DNA from: Candidatus Latescibacterota bacterium
GTDB lineage: Bacteria; Latescibacterota; UBA2968
Assembly: GCA_965204745.1 (NCBI GenBank)
Contig: OZ242010.1
Span: 1,792,001 to 1,856,000 of the forward strand
DNA length: 64,000 bases
Direction: 5' to 3'
Shown: in pieces, positions 30,125 through 39,751 of the stretch
How the letters are laid out: every line of letters begins with the position of its first letter
How positions within the stretch are numbered: position 1 is the first letter of the stretch
The notes under the pieces: generated by a model
The model's input: the letters and a program-made list of their open reading frames with translations, nothing else
Databases searched by the model: none
What the model was told of the DNA's origin: nothing
Program-made: the position numbers and the translations under genes

Positions 30125-30620
30125 TAGGTTGTGTTGACATTCACGAGCCATGCAACTGGCTGAGCGGTTTATCGAGAAAATCAAGTTCTATCGCAGAATA
30201 TGCTCTCGGTTTGAGAAACTCGGACAGTCGCTCCTTCAGCTTTCTCGCTTTTGTTGCATCGCATTCACTGCCGTTCCGCAGTTCAAAGAAGGCATCACAA
30301 CAAGTGCCCTCGCAAAACCCCTCCGATCAAGCCATCACGCACAGCGCGCAAGGCCGTCTCGCAACCAACGTCCATCTTGCAACCCACTTTGCAGGCTGGC
30401 ACATGTCGTGCGATTACAAAAGCGCGTTGCGCTGTGCAAGCCCCTCGGCGTTTGAGAGCGGCATTTTTTGCCTACTTTTTTTTGCTGTTGAAAAAAAGTA
30501 GGTCGCCGAAGGCATCGGAGGCAACCAACGAGGCTATAGGACCAAACGCCTTAAATGAGTAAGCAACACATTTGCTAATCTGTGCGTAACGTCAAAAAAA
30601 TAAAATGTCAACACGACCTA
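30125..30620 (+). mobile_element. IS5-derived MITE carrying cargo B
   Basis: TAGGTTGTGTTGACATT..AATGTCAACACGACCTA; remnant ERFIEKIKFYRRICSRFEKL of an IS5 transposase C-terminus. Confidence 0.85.
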
Positions 30621-30634
30621 ATCCCCGTTTTATA

Positions 30635-31264
30635 CTACCGGACGGTCATGCGAATGGCGTGGTCCGCGGCACTGAGATAGGGGTACGACATGCGGAGAAA
30701 GTCGTTGAGCAGGGAGTATATCGTCAGGGTCGAAGTGTCGATCTGGAATTTTTGTTTGAAGAAGGATTTGCGAAACTCTTCGCGGAATGCCGCTTGCACT
30801 TCTTCGATGTCGGATTCGGGCACGATGGGAAAATCGTGCGGGTCGTCTTTCATGCGCTGTTTGATGGCCTCTGGGCTGGCCGTGAGCAGGACCAAAATCA
30901 TGTCCGAGGGCATGTCGCGTTCCCACGCTTGGGGGGTTTCCACCGGGTGCGCGAGGTCCGGATAGTAGTAGCGTTGCCCATAGACCATTTCTTCGATGTG
31001 AAAGCCGGTGAGCAAGACGTGCTGGTATTTGTGGACCAGGCGGACGTGATAGGCGATTTGAAAACGCTGAAAACGCTCTTTGATGGCCGAGGGCAATTCG
31101 GTCATGGCCTTTTGATCCGCGGGATTTTCCAGGGTTTGCTGGTCCGGAATGGAAAAGTGATCGTCCATGTGATGGCGAATCCCGCGATCCATGCCCCATT
31201 GTTGGATGGCCTGAACCAGCGTGGTTTTGCCCGTGTATTCCGTGCCGATAACGATGACGCGCAT
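30635..31264 (-). CDS. P-loop NTPase, nucleotide kinase-like hypothetical protein
   Basis: VIVIGTEYTGKTT Walker A; ILVLLTASPEAIKQR lid. Confidence 0.7.
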   Translation of the reverse strand: MRVIVIGTEYTGKTTLVQAIQQWGMDRGIRHHMDDHFSIPDQQTLENPADQKAMTELPSAIKERFQRFQIAYHVRLVHKYQHVLLTGFHIEEMVYGQRYYYPDLAHPVETPQAWERDMPSDMILVLLTASPEAIKQRMKDDPHDFPIVPESDIEEVQAAFREEFRKSFFKQKFQIDTSTLTIYSLLNDFLRMSYPYLSAADHAIRMTVR

Positions 31265-31311
31265 GGGAAACTCCTCGTTGAAAAGTGGATGTGGATACGC
31301 TATATTGGCGT

Positions 31312-31509
31312 ATGGCAAACAAAAAAATACAGAAGGTCGTAACGAAGTGCAAGGTCGATGATCAGAAGGGCGATTTTGCCTTCTGGCAAACGCAATCCCA
31401 TCAGGCTCGCATAGATGCTTTGGAAGCCATCCGGCGAGAATACAACAGTTGGAAATATGGCACTGACCCAGGATTTCAAAAAATTTGTCGCGTTGTTAGA
31501 CGAAAATGA
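31312..31509 (+). CDS. small protein of the type found upstream of nucleotidyltransferases
   Basis: DFAFWQTQS..ARIDALEAIR; overlaps the next remnant. Confidence 0.65.
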   Translation: MANKKIQKVVTKCKVDDQKGDFAFWQTQSHQARIDALEAIRREYNSWKYGTDPGFQKICRVVRRK

Positions 31510-31609
31510 TGAAATTACAGCCCATGTTATTGATTTGTACAACTTAAAGCAAAACAAAAAGGCGACTGGCCGGCCCCAAGATGTGGCAGACCTGTTGAAG
31601 TTGACGTAA
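31457..31609 (+). pseudogene. internally deleted nucleotidyltransferase-like gene
   Basis: N-terminus LTQDFKKFVALL is joined directly to C-terminus LKQNKKATGRPQDVADL. Confidence 0.65.
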
Positions 31610-31687
31610 AGCGGTCAGCCCGATCCATCCGCGAGAAACCGCCCTGAGTATTGTAGGCATAAGACGAGTACACACAGAGAGGATGCC

Positions 31688-32473
31688 ATGACCCTTTCAG
31701 AACACTATCGAAAAGACGGGTTTTGCGCGGTCTTGGCGCCGGTCATTCCATCCGATGTCGTCGATGCTGCGATTGCGGGCATGGACGCCGTGCGGGCGGG
31801 CGAGTACGATACGGGACGCCCGCCGGAAAACTCGCGTTGGAACCCGGGCGACGATCCCCAAACCCTGTGCAAAATTGAAATGCCCCAACTGGCGAGCCGC
31901 GCGATTATGGATTTGGTCGCGCATCCCGCGCTGGGCAACCTCGCGGCCGAGGTCACGGGGGCGAAAATGGTGCAGGTTTGGTGGGTGCAACTGCTCTACA
32001 AACCCGTGGGCGAACCCGAAGGCGAGCGCGTCACCAACATCGGCTGGCATCAAGACCGCTACTATTGGCGCGCGTGGGAAGCGGGCAGCGAACTTTTCAC
32101 CGCGTGGGTGGCCCTCAGCGACATTACCCTCGATTCCGGGCCGATGCGCTTTGTGCCCGGGTCGCACCGCTGGGGGCTTTTGGACATTGCCATGGGCTTT
32201 CAACAGCAAGACCTCGACACTTTGCGCGGGGGCATCGCCATTCCCGAACGCGAAACCTGGCGCGAAGTTCCGATGCTGATGCCGCGCGGCGCGTTGAGCC
32301 TGCACGACTGCTTCACCCTGCACGGCAGCGGCCCCAACCGTTCCAATGGCCCCCGCCGCAGCTTTGCGATCCACATGCGGACCGAAAACTCGCGCCCAGT
32401 CAATGACCTGCGGCAGGGCCTGACCCGACACATTGACGATCCGTCCAAATGCCCGGTGATTTACCGGGCGTGA
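31688..32473 (+). CDS. phytanoyl-CoA dioxygenase (PhyH) family protein
   Basis: WHQD, GPMRFVPGSH, LHGSGPN..RR. Confidence 0.92.
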   Translation: MTLSEHYRKDGFCAVLAPVIPSDVVDAAIAGMDAVRAGEYDTGRPPENSRWNPGDDPQTLCKIEMPQLASRAIMDLVAHPALGNLAAEVTGAKMVQVWWVQLLYKPVGEPEGERVTNIGWHQDRYYWRAWEAGSELFTAWVALSDITLDSGPMRFVPGSHRWGLLDIAMGFQQQDLDTLRGGIAIPERETWREVPMLMPRGALSLHDCFTLHGSGPNRSNGPRRSFAIHMRTENSRPVNDLRQGLTRHIDDPSKCPVIYRA

Positions 32474-32503
32474 AACCAAAAAAAGAAACAAAAGAAATGA
32501 CAC

Positions 32504-32719
32504 ATGACGGGCAGACAATTCATCAACCGGGTACATGAGATAGGCCGAGAACGCAACGTCCCTGTTCGCGTTGATTCCAAGCGAGGTAAGGGCAGTCACG
32601 TCACGCTGTATTACGGCACGCGCAAGACCATTGTAAAAGACCGCCGCAAGGAACTGGCGTCCGGCCTTCTGTCTGCCATGATTCGTCAATTGGGCCTCGG
32701 CCGGAGCGATTTGCAGTAA
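32504..32719 (+). CDS. hicA: HicA family toxin
   Basis: RGKGSH motif, 71 aa, upstream of hicB. Confidence 0.85.
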   Translation: MTGRQFINRVHEIGRERNVPVRVDSKRGKGSHVTLYYGTRKTIVKDRRKELASGLLSAMIRQLGLGRSDLQ

Positions 32720-32746
32720 AGCCACAAAAAACATGAGGGGAGTGTC

Positions 32747-33043
32747 ATGACGCTCGTATATCCCGCACATTTTCAGATAGATTGCACAGGCGAAATCATT
32801 GTTTCGTTCCGCGATTTGCCAGAATGCCTCACCTCTGGTGCCGATGAGGCCGAGGCCCTCGCCGAAGCTCAGGACGCGCTTGGAGAAGCCATTGCCGGGC
32901 GCATTGACGATGGGGAGGAAATTCCGACGCCAAGCCCTCCGCACGCGGGTGAGCATGCTGTCCCTGTGCCTTTCGAAATGAAGACATCTCTTGAAAATCA
33001 CATGACGCGACAAAACGCAACCTTCGATACGGCCTTTCGATAG
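32747..33043 (+). CDS. hicB: HicB family antitoxin (C-terminal DNA-binding domain apparently missing)
   Basis: YPA...VSFRDLPECLTSG...EAL..AQDAL..IPTPS. Confidence 0.85.
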   Translation: MTLVYPAHFQIDCTGEIIVSFRDLPECLTSGADEAEALAEAQDALGEAIAGRIDDGEEIPTPSPPHAGEHAVPVPFEMKTSLENHMTRQNATFDTAFR

Positions 33044-33059
33044 AAGCAAAGGAGCGCGC

Positions 33060-34619
33060 ATGAGCAATTTTTATCTCGGGCTTGACGCGAGCACGCAGAG
33101 CTTGAGTGCTGTTCTTATCGACCTCGACGCGCACGCGGTCGTGTATGACGCGTCGCTGAATTACGACGAAATGCTACCGCAGTACGAGACGCGGAATGGG
33201 GTGTTGGACGATCCCGATCCCAAAATCGTCCACGCGCCGCCTCTGATGTGGGCCGAGGCCCTCGACGCGCTGTTCGACAAGATGAAAAGCGACCGCGTCA
33301 GCCTGGGCCGCATTCGGGCCATCTCGGGTTCGGGGCAACAACACGGTTCTGTCTATCTCAACGCCGGCATTGTGAACGCCTTGGCCAATCTCGATCCCGC
33401 AAAGTCGCTCGTTCAAAATTTGCGCGGTGTATTCTCCCGCAGCACATCGCCCATCTGGATGGATTCCTCAACGCGCGCCGAATGCGATGAGATTTGCGAT
33501 GCTTTGGGCGGGCTTCAGGCGACCACGCGGGCCACCGGCTCGACGACTTTTGAACGCTTTACAGGGCCGCAGATTCGCAAGTTTTACAAAACCCAACCCG
33601 ATGCTTATGCCAATACCGCCCACATCATGCTCGTCAGTTCCTTCATGGCCTCGTTGATCGCGGGCCGCGTTGCCCCCATCGATCACGGCGATGGCGCGGG
33701 CATGAACCTGATGGACATTCAGAAGCGGACATGGCATCCTCCCGCGCTCGACGCCACCGCGCCCGGCCTGCCTGACCGTTTGCCCCCGCTTGTCGCATCC
33801 CGCGCCATAATCGGGCCGGTCAGCCGGTATTTTGTCGAGAAATACGGCCTCAATCCCCAGGCGCAGGCGCTCGTTTGGTCGGGCGACAATCCCAACAGCG
33901 TCATTGGCCTCGGCCTTATTCGCGAGGGCATGGTCGCCATTTCACTCGGCACCAGCGACACCTATTTTGGCACGATGAAAAATTGCCAGACCGATCCGCG
34001 CGGCGAGGGGCACGTTTTTGTTTCGCCCACGGGCGACTATATGACCCTGTTGTGTTTCAAAAATGGCTCGCTCGCCCGGGAGGGGATTCGCAAAGCGCAT
34101 GCCTTGGACTGGAGCGGGTTTTCTCGCGCGCTTCAATCCACGCCGCCCGGCAATGGTGGCAAAATCATGCTACCCTATTTTGAACCCGAAATTGTGCCGA
34201 ACGTGCTCGCCCCTCGCGTTCACCGCTTTGACCTCGACGAACGCGACGCGGCGGGCAATTGCCGTGCGGTTGTCGAAGCGCAGATGATGTCCATGCGGTT
34301 GCACGCCGAATGGATGGGCGTGCGCCCTTCGGGCATTTACGCGACCGGCGGCGCGTCTGTCAATCCCGAAATCCTCCAGATCATGGCGGATGTGCAAAAT
34401 TGCCCGGTGTACCCGTTTGACGTCACCAACAGCGCGGCCCTGGGCGCGGCTTTGCGCGCGGCTCACGCCCACCGCAATGCTCACACCCCTTGGGAAGACC
34501 TCATCGCAGGCATCGCCGAACCCCTAGCCGCGTCTGCGGTCTCGCCCGCCAACCCCGCAGTGTACGACACACTGATCAAAAAATACGCCGAATGCGAACA
34601 AAGCGCGCTCGGCGTCTAA
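33060..34619 (+). CDS. xylB: FGGY-family carbohydrate kinase, xylulokinase-like
   Basis: LGLDASTQ, SGSGQQHG, ERFTGPQIRK, SLGTSDT, ATGGAS. Confidence 0.85.
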   Translation: MSNFYLGLDASTQSLSAVLIDLDAHAVVYDASLNYDEMLPQYETRNGVLDDPDPKIVHAPPLMWAEALDALFDKMKSDRVSLGRIRAISGSGQQHGSVYLNAGIVNALANLDPAKSLVQNLRGVFSRSTSPIWMDSSTRAECDEICDALGGLQATTRATGSTTFERFTGPQIRKFYKTQPDAYANTAHIMLVSSFMASLIAGRVAPIDHGDGAGMNLMDIQKRTWHPPALDATAPGLPDRLPPLVASRAIIGPVSRYFVEKYGLNPQAQALVWSGDNPNSVIGLGLIREGMVAISLGTSDTYFGTMKNCQTDPRGEGHVFVSPTGDYMTLLCFKNGSLAREGIRKAHALDWSGFSRALQSTPPGNGGKIMLPYFEPEIVPNVLAPRVHRFDLDERDAAGNCRAVVEAQMMSMRLHAEWMGVRPSGIYATGGASVNPEILQIMADVQNCPVYPFDVTNSAALGAALRAAHAHRNAHTPWEDLIAGIAEPLAASAVSPANPAVYDTLIKKYAECEQSALGV

Positions 34620-34636
34620 ACCAAAAGGGGATGGGG

Positions 34637-34752
34637 ATGTTCAATTTTCGATCTGAATTTGAGAGCATGTTTAGCGCGCACAACATTTCGTACGATGTCA
34701 AAGGGATCATAACGGCGGATAGAAAAAATTACGCGCTCGGCACGGCTTCCAA
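34637..34752 (+). pseudogene. EcoRV-like restriction endonuclease 5' remnant
   Basis: FRSEF..YDVKGIITADRKNYALGTASK resembles the EcoRV N-terminus as recalled (LRSDL..YDVCGIISAEGKIYPLGSDTK). Confidence 0.7.
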
Positions 34753-35607
34753 GACACAATCGGGTGACATCACCAGGGCTTCTTCCATTGCATTGCGGAG
34801 CGATTCGGTGGCGCCTACGTGATAGAAATGCGTTTTTGTCGCCGTGGGATAGTCGGAGAAATGTTTGGTCAGGTGTTCATTCGTGCGGTATTTGTTTTGC
34901 TTCCAAGTCGAGTACGCAAACCGCGCCTTTAGCTTTTTGACCGCTCGCGCCAACCCGTCGGCATCGCGGTCATCCCACTGATTGTAATAATCCGTATGCC
35001 TGTCGTTGTACGGCGGGTCGAGATAGACGAAATCCGAATCTTCAACTTGGCGGAGGGTATCGCGCCAATCCCAAACCGCGAAGTGCCAATCCCTGCCCTT
35101 GATCCGCTCGCCCGCCCAAGCGACTTGATTGCATATCTTGGTGATATAGGCTTGGGCAAATCTTTCGGGCTTCCTGCAAAACGGGACATTGAACTTGCCC
35201 TGTGCGTTGAACCGCATCATGCCATTAAAACACGCCCTGTTCAAAAAAAGAAAATCAAAGGGCGAGTGATGGGCATTAAACCGCTCGCGCAATTCGTAAT
35301 AATGCGCTTGGCCTCTTTCTTTGAGCGAATGGCCTTCTCGCTCCAAAAAGCAACGCAGATCGTAGGGGTTCATCTCGCCCGTTTGTATTGCGCGGTAGAA
35401 GCGGATGATGTGTTCATTCGCATCCGCGAGGAGTGCTCTTTCTGGGTTGACATTCAGAACCACAACGCCCGATCCCAAAAAGGGTTCAACCCATCGCCCG
35501 CGTCCATCCCATTTCACCTGGTTCAAAATGAATGACACCAACTTTGTTTTGATGCCCTGAATTTTGAGGGGTGGCACTTTCACAGGATTCGCGTGCTCAT
35601 TCATCAT
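34729..35607 (-). CDS. Dam-family N6-adenine methyltransferase, M.EcoRV-like
   Basis: VPPLKIQGIKTKLV, EPFLGSG, FNVPF, YLDPPY. Confidence 0.92.
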   Translation of the reverse strand: MMNEHANPVKVPPLKIQGIKTKLVSFILNQVKWDGRGRWVEPFLGSGVVVLNVNPERALLADANEHIIRFYRAIQTGEMNPYDLRCFLEREGHSLKERGQAHYYELRERFNAHHSPFDFLFLNRACFNGMMRFNAQGKFNVPFCRKPERFAQAYITKICNQVAWAGERIKGRDWHFAVWDWRDTLRQVEDSDFVYLDPPYNDRHTDYYNQWDDRDADGLARAVKKLKARFAYSTWKQNKYRTNEHLTKHFSDYPTATKTHFYHVGATESLRNAMEEALVMSPDCVLEAVPSA

Positions 35608-35776
35608 TCATCACTCCTGCCTTGTATTCGACGACGGATTCCCGCACGACCAGCCAATCTCTGCCGAATTTCGATGCCTCAATTTTTCCCTGACGGATCA
35701 GCAGGCGCGTGTGCTGAATGGTGTAGCCGAGATTTTCAGCCGCTTCTCGAGTGGTCATAAGTTCTTGCGTATTCAC
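35597..35776 (-). CDS. excisionase-like HTH protein (59 aa, not in the ORF track)
   Basis: MNTQELMTTREAAENLGYTIQHTRLLIRQGKIEASKFGRDWLV; GGGAG RBS; overlaps the MTase start. Confidence 0.8.
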   Translation of the reverse strand: MNTQELMTTREAAENLGYTIQHTRLLIRQGKIEASKFGRDWLVVRESVVEYKAGVMNDE

Positions 35777-35807
35777 AACATATCTCCCACAGAGTTTGAG
35801 ACGGCTT

Positions 35808-36056
35808 CTAATTTGGAAGGTTCAGCAAAATGGTGATGGTAGCACCGAAAATGGCGAGAAGGATCGTGAACTGAAGGCCGATAACCCACTTAAAAATGCT
35901 GATCATACGATTTTCAAGGCTGGTTGTGCGATTTTCAAGGCTGGTCAAACGGTTGTCTATGCTCGCCAAGCGGTGGTTGATCTGCTCGATGATAGCCTCA
36001 ACGCGGGTCAAACGGATGTCGTGCTCGGTCACTCGGCTTTCAAGGGTGGGAATCAT
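35808..36056 (-). CDS. small coiled-coil protein with C-terminal TM helix
   Basis: heptads (RLTSLEN RTTSLEN), then KWVIGLQFTILLAI; AAGGAG RBS. Confidence 0.8.
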   Translation of the reverse strand: MIPTLESRVTEHDIRLTRVEAIIEQINHRLASIDNRLTSLENRTTSLENRMISIFKWVIGLQFTILLAIFGATITILLNLPN

Positions 36057-36215
36057 GTGCTTTCTCCTTTGCGATTCGATGATCGCACCTCACTGACGCA
36101 ACTCGGTGTTCGTCATACGCGCTCGTCACCCCGACCTGAAAACGGGGCTTTACGGGTTGTTCTGGTAATTGGGAATGTGCGCGATGGCATTATTGCCCGT
36201 TTATATTCCCAAAGG

Positions 36216-36243
36216 AATATAGCCACATATTTGGGGATGTCAA
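36216..36243 (-). promoter_or_regulatory. sigma70-type promoter
   Basis: TTGACA-N16-TATATT. Confidence 0.6.
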
Positions 36244-36260
36244 GGATTATTCCATTCCCA

Positions 36261-37583
36261 TCAATACTCCGCGAGGCGTAGGGTGCCTGCGTTTGTTTCG
36301 TCGATGGAAGCGCGGTACGCGTGGGGGCGGCGTTGCATCCAGTTGATGCTGCGGTAGCAACCGCGGTTTTGCGGGCGGAACCCATCCACGAGATCGACTT
36401 CAGCGGCGATAAAGGGTTGGTTGCCATCGTTCCACGCCAGCACATGCCCTGTGCGGTCGATGATGCAACTGCCCTCTGCGCGGTTGACAGCCACCACCAT
36501 GCACAACTGATTGTCCAGCGCGCGCGTTTGCATGATGCCGCGAAAGCGTTGGGCGTCCCACGTATGATCTTCCGGATGCCAAGCGCGGTGATCGCCCATG
36601 ATGGGCAACAGCAAAAAGTCCGCGCCATTGAGGCCGATCATCCGCGAGGATTCGGCGGCCGAGGAATCCATACAAACATTGCACCCGATCCGACCGATTG
36701 ACGTATCGAACACCGGAAACGCATCGCCCGGCAAAATGCCCGAATCCATTTCCTTGCCCACGGCGAGATGCACCTTGCGGTACTTGCCAGCGATGCGACC
36801 ATCGGGTGCGAACAACGCGGCGGTGTTGTGTACTGCATCGCCATCGCGCTCGAGCACGCCCAAGAGCAGGTGGACGCCATAATCGCGTGCAATGTCGGAA
36901 AACGGCTCGGTCTCAACACTCGGCACGGGCACGGCCAAGTCCAAAGGGCTGCCCTGAACCCCGTATTGCAATGCGATCTCGGGCAACGCGATCAGGTCGG
37001 GATTTTCGCGTTCACAGGCCGCGCGGCACAACGGCGCGTACAGATCGACATTGTCTTGAATGGACGCAAACCGCCGGTTGCGATCCTCGCGCCGGCCGGT
37101 TGCGACGCAGATTTTCACCGGCGCGGAAGATTCGGCCTGCCCATGCACGCTCACGTCGGGCAACTGCCACTCGGACGCGCCCTTGATGGACCATCGGAAC
37201 GTATAGCGCACGGTCAGGTGGTCGGCCCCTTTGGGCGCGGTGAGGCGGCGCGAGAATTGCACGGTGTTGCCGTTCCATTCGGGCAGGAGATAATCCCACG
37301 CCACGATGTCATTTCGCCGCCCATAGTCCCAAGGCATGGAGCCCCAATACGCCTCGCAACGCAACACATCGCGTGCGTGGTCCACATCTTGAAATTGGGC
37401 GTGGGCGACGATTTCATGCATTTTGCCGGCCTGAACGCCCGAGTACACGACCTGCCACCCGCCGATGCAGGTGCGCGTGCCATTCGCGGCAATCGCCAGC
37501 GCGTCATCGCCGCGTTCTGTCAATGGCGCGGCGGTTGGATGCGGCGCCCAGGGTTCGATGGATTTGAGTTGCAAATCGGACAT
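36261..37583 (-). CDS. carbon-nitrogen hydrolase family protein with N-terminal extra domain
   Basis: ALPE, KYRKVHL, NVCMD catalytic E-K-C. Confidence 0.9.
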   Translation of the reverse strand: MSDLQLKSIEPWAPHPTAAPLTERGDDALAIAANGTRTCIGGWQVVYSGVQAGKMHEIVAHAQFQDVDHARDVLRCEAYWGSMPWDYGRRNDIVAWDYLLPEWNGNTVQFSRRLTAPKGADHLTVRYTFRWSIKGASEWQLPDVSVHGQAESSAPVKICVATGRREDRNRRFASIQDNVDLYAPLCRAACERENPDLIALPEIALQYGVQGSPLDLAVPVPSVETEPFSDIARDYGVHLLLGVLERDGDAVHNTAALFAPDGRIAGKYRKVHLAVGKEMDSGILPGDAFPVFDTSIGRIGCNVCMDSSAAESSRMIGLNGADFLLLPIMGDHRAWHPEDHTWDAQRFRGIMQTRALDNQLCMVVAVNRAEGSCIIDRTGHVLAWNDGNQPFIAAEVDLVDGFRPQNRGCYRSINWMQRRPHAYRASIDETNAGTLRLAEY

Positions 37584-37750
37584 GGTGTGCCTCCTTGTGT
37601 CTTTTTGGATTTTCCCGTCGTTGTCATAAGTGCAATATAGCGTATTGACCCCGACTTTTCAACGAGGAGTTTCTCTAGTGCATCCATCAATTTTCGCTTT
37701 TCCCCACCGCAAAGATCAATTAAATTTCCGTATAATACCAATTTGATTTC

Positions 37751-38132
37751 TATGCCGTGTTGACATTTTATTTTTTTACGTTACGCATAGATTAGCAAAT
37801 GTGTTGCTTGCTCATTTAAGGCATTTGGTCATGCCCCCTCGTTGGTTGCCTCCGATGCCTTCGGCGACCTACTTTTTTTCAACAGCAAAAAAAGTAGGCA
37901 AAAAATGCCGCTCTCAAACGCCGAGGGGCTTGCACAGCGCAAAGCGCTTTTGTAACAGAACGATATGCGCCAGCCTGCAAAGTGGGTTGCAATATGGACA
38001 TTGGTTGCGAGACGGCCTTGCGCGCTGTGCGTGATGGCTTGATCGGAGGGGTTTTGCGAGAGCACTTGTTGGGATGCCTTCTTTGAACTGCGGAACGTCA
38101 GGGCTTGATTTTCTCGATAAACCGCTCAAGCC
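37751..38132 (-). mobile_element. degenerate IS5-derived MITE with cargo B, one TIR lost
   Basis: reverse-complement match to 30160-30620 with an internal deletion. Confidence 0.8.
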
Positions 38133-38181
38133 GTTTCAAGTTGGTATCAGGCACACAGCGGTCAGCTATCGGAGGGTTGAA

Positions 38182-38733
38182 ATGAGAATATCCGTTTTTT
38201 TGAGTTGCCCCAAGCCGCATTTGAGCAGGCAACAGAAATTCGTCGACAGATTGGAAGAGTACCTGCGGATGCGCGGCTTAGAACCGAGAACACTCGGCGT
38301 CACTGATTACGACATGGACGCCCCGCTCAAAGCGATACGCAGGCTCATGCTCGAATCCAACGGCCTCATCACCATTGCCCTAAAACGTGCGTTAATCCGC
38401 GACGCCACAGTTCGCCCCGATACGGACATGTCGGAGGCAAAAGAGAGCAAAATTCAGAACATGTGGCTGACGAGTCCATATTGTCAGATCGAACCTGCAA
38501 TGGCGTATCAACTCGGCCTGCCCATCCTCATCCTGCGCGAGCGAGGGGTGATTCAAGAGGGCCTGCTTGAAAAAGGAGTCGTGGGCACGTATATGCCCGA
38601 ATTTTCATTGGAAGACGAAAACTTCGACTATCTCCAATCCCCAGAATGGAACGACCTCGTCGGCCAATGGGAAGGGCTCGTCAGGGCCGTAGTCGAAATG
38701 AAGGGCAACCCTCCCAGACTCTACGGTCACTGA
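38182..38733 (+). CDS. TIR-like / nucleoside deoxyribosyltransferase-like hypothetical protein
   Basis: VFLS..., TSPYCQIEPAMAYQLGLPILIL; GGAGG RBS. Confidence 0.6.
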   Translation: MRISVFLSCPKPHLSRQQKFVDRLEEYLRMRGLEPRTLGVTDYDMDAPLKAIRRLMLESNGLITIALKRALIRDATVRPDTDMSEAKESKIQNMWLTSPYCQIEPAMAYQLGLPILILRERGVIQEGLLEKGVVGTYMPEFSLEDENFDYLQSPEWNDLVGQWEGLVRAVVEMKGNPPRLYGH

Positions 38734-38786
38734 GTCAGCGGTCGGGCCGCCGGGTTTTCATCCATTTTCACCCATGGTTGATTTTT

Positions 38787-39599
38787 ATGACTATCGACAT
38801 CCAATCCTGCCTCCGCCGTCCTAAAATCGACATGCACTGCCATGTCTGGCTCATGGACGGATGGGAACGATCCGCGGACCACCTCGTCGATTCCGGCGCG
38901 ATGCTCGGCATCACCGAATACTGGTGTTCCTCCATCATCTCGCAAGGCATCCTCGCGCCTATCGAAGAAGTGCGCCTCCACAACGACACCACCTTGGGCG
39001 CGATGGCACGCCACCCGCAACGCATTCGCGGCTGGTGCTTTCTCATCCCCGGCCACTTTCAAGACGCCATCGACGAAGCCGAACGCTGCCTCGACGCGGG
39101 CATGATCGGCATCAAGCTCTACAACCAGTACCGCATCAACGACCCGGCCGTTCACCCCATCTTGGCATTGGCGAGCGAACGCCGCGTGCCCATTTTGCAA
39201 CACGCCGGATACCCGGTTGCCGAACACCGCGCGAGCCAGCCCCTCATCTCGCACGGCATTCACTTCACCGAAGCCAGCGAAAAATACCCGGACGCCATGC
39301 TCATCCACGCCCACATCGGCGGCGGCGGCGACTGGGAACACACGGTGCGCGAAATGCGCGACGCGTCTCCCAATGTCTATATCGACGTCTCGGGCAGCAA
39401 CTTGGACGATGGGCAAGTCGAATACGCGGTTACAGAACTCGGCATCGGGCGCGTGCTCTTTGGCACAGATGGCACGATGGCCGGCTCTGTGGGCAAAGTT
39501 CTGGACGCGGACCTCACAGACGACCAACGCGACCAAATTTTTTTCCACAACGCGGAACGCATCCTCGCACAACAAGGCGCGTCCCCGCTTCATCCCTAA
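38787..39599 (+). CDS. amidohydrolase family protein
   Basis: IDMHCH, GIKL, HAHIGGG, VLFGTD, NAERI. Confidence 0.9.
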   Translation: MTIDIQSCLRRPKIDMHCHVWLMDGWERSADHLVDSGAMLGITEYWCSSIISQGILAPIEEVRLHNDTTLGAMARHPQRIRGWCFLIPGHFQDAIDEAERCLDAGMIGIKLYNQYRINDPAVHPILALASERRVPILQHAGYPVAEHRASQPLISHGIHFTEASEKYPDAMLIHAHIGGGGDWEHTVREMRDASPNVYIDVSGSNLDDGQVEYAVTELGIGRVLFGTDGTMAGSVGKVLDADLTDDQRDQIFFHNAERILAQQGASPLHP

Positions 39600-39751
39600 T
39601 CGGGCCCCTCCTGCGAGGACAGAGAATCGGTGTGACGCGCCCAACGCTCGTTCGCGGTCATGTGGTACTGACGCGGTTTCCATCACAGGGGTTGTCCCTA
39701 CGATGGCATTATCGGACAAATGCACTCGCACGCTAACAAAAGGATACGACC

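Noticed and set aside
30017-30184. N-terminal extension of the helicase
   Set aside because: Runs through heptamer repeats and the MITE end.
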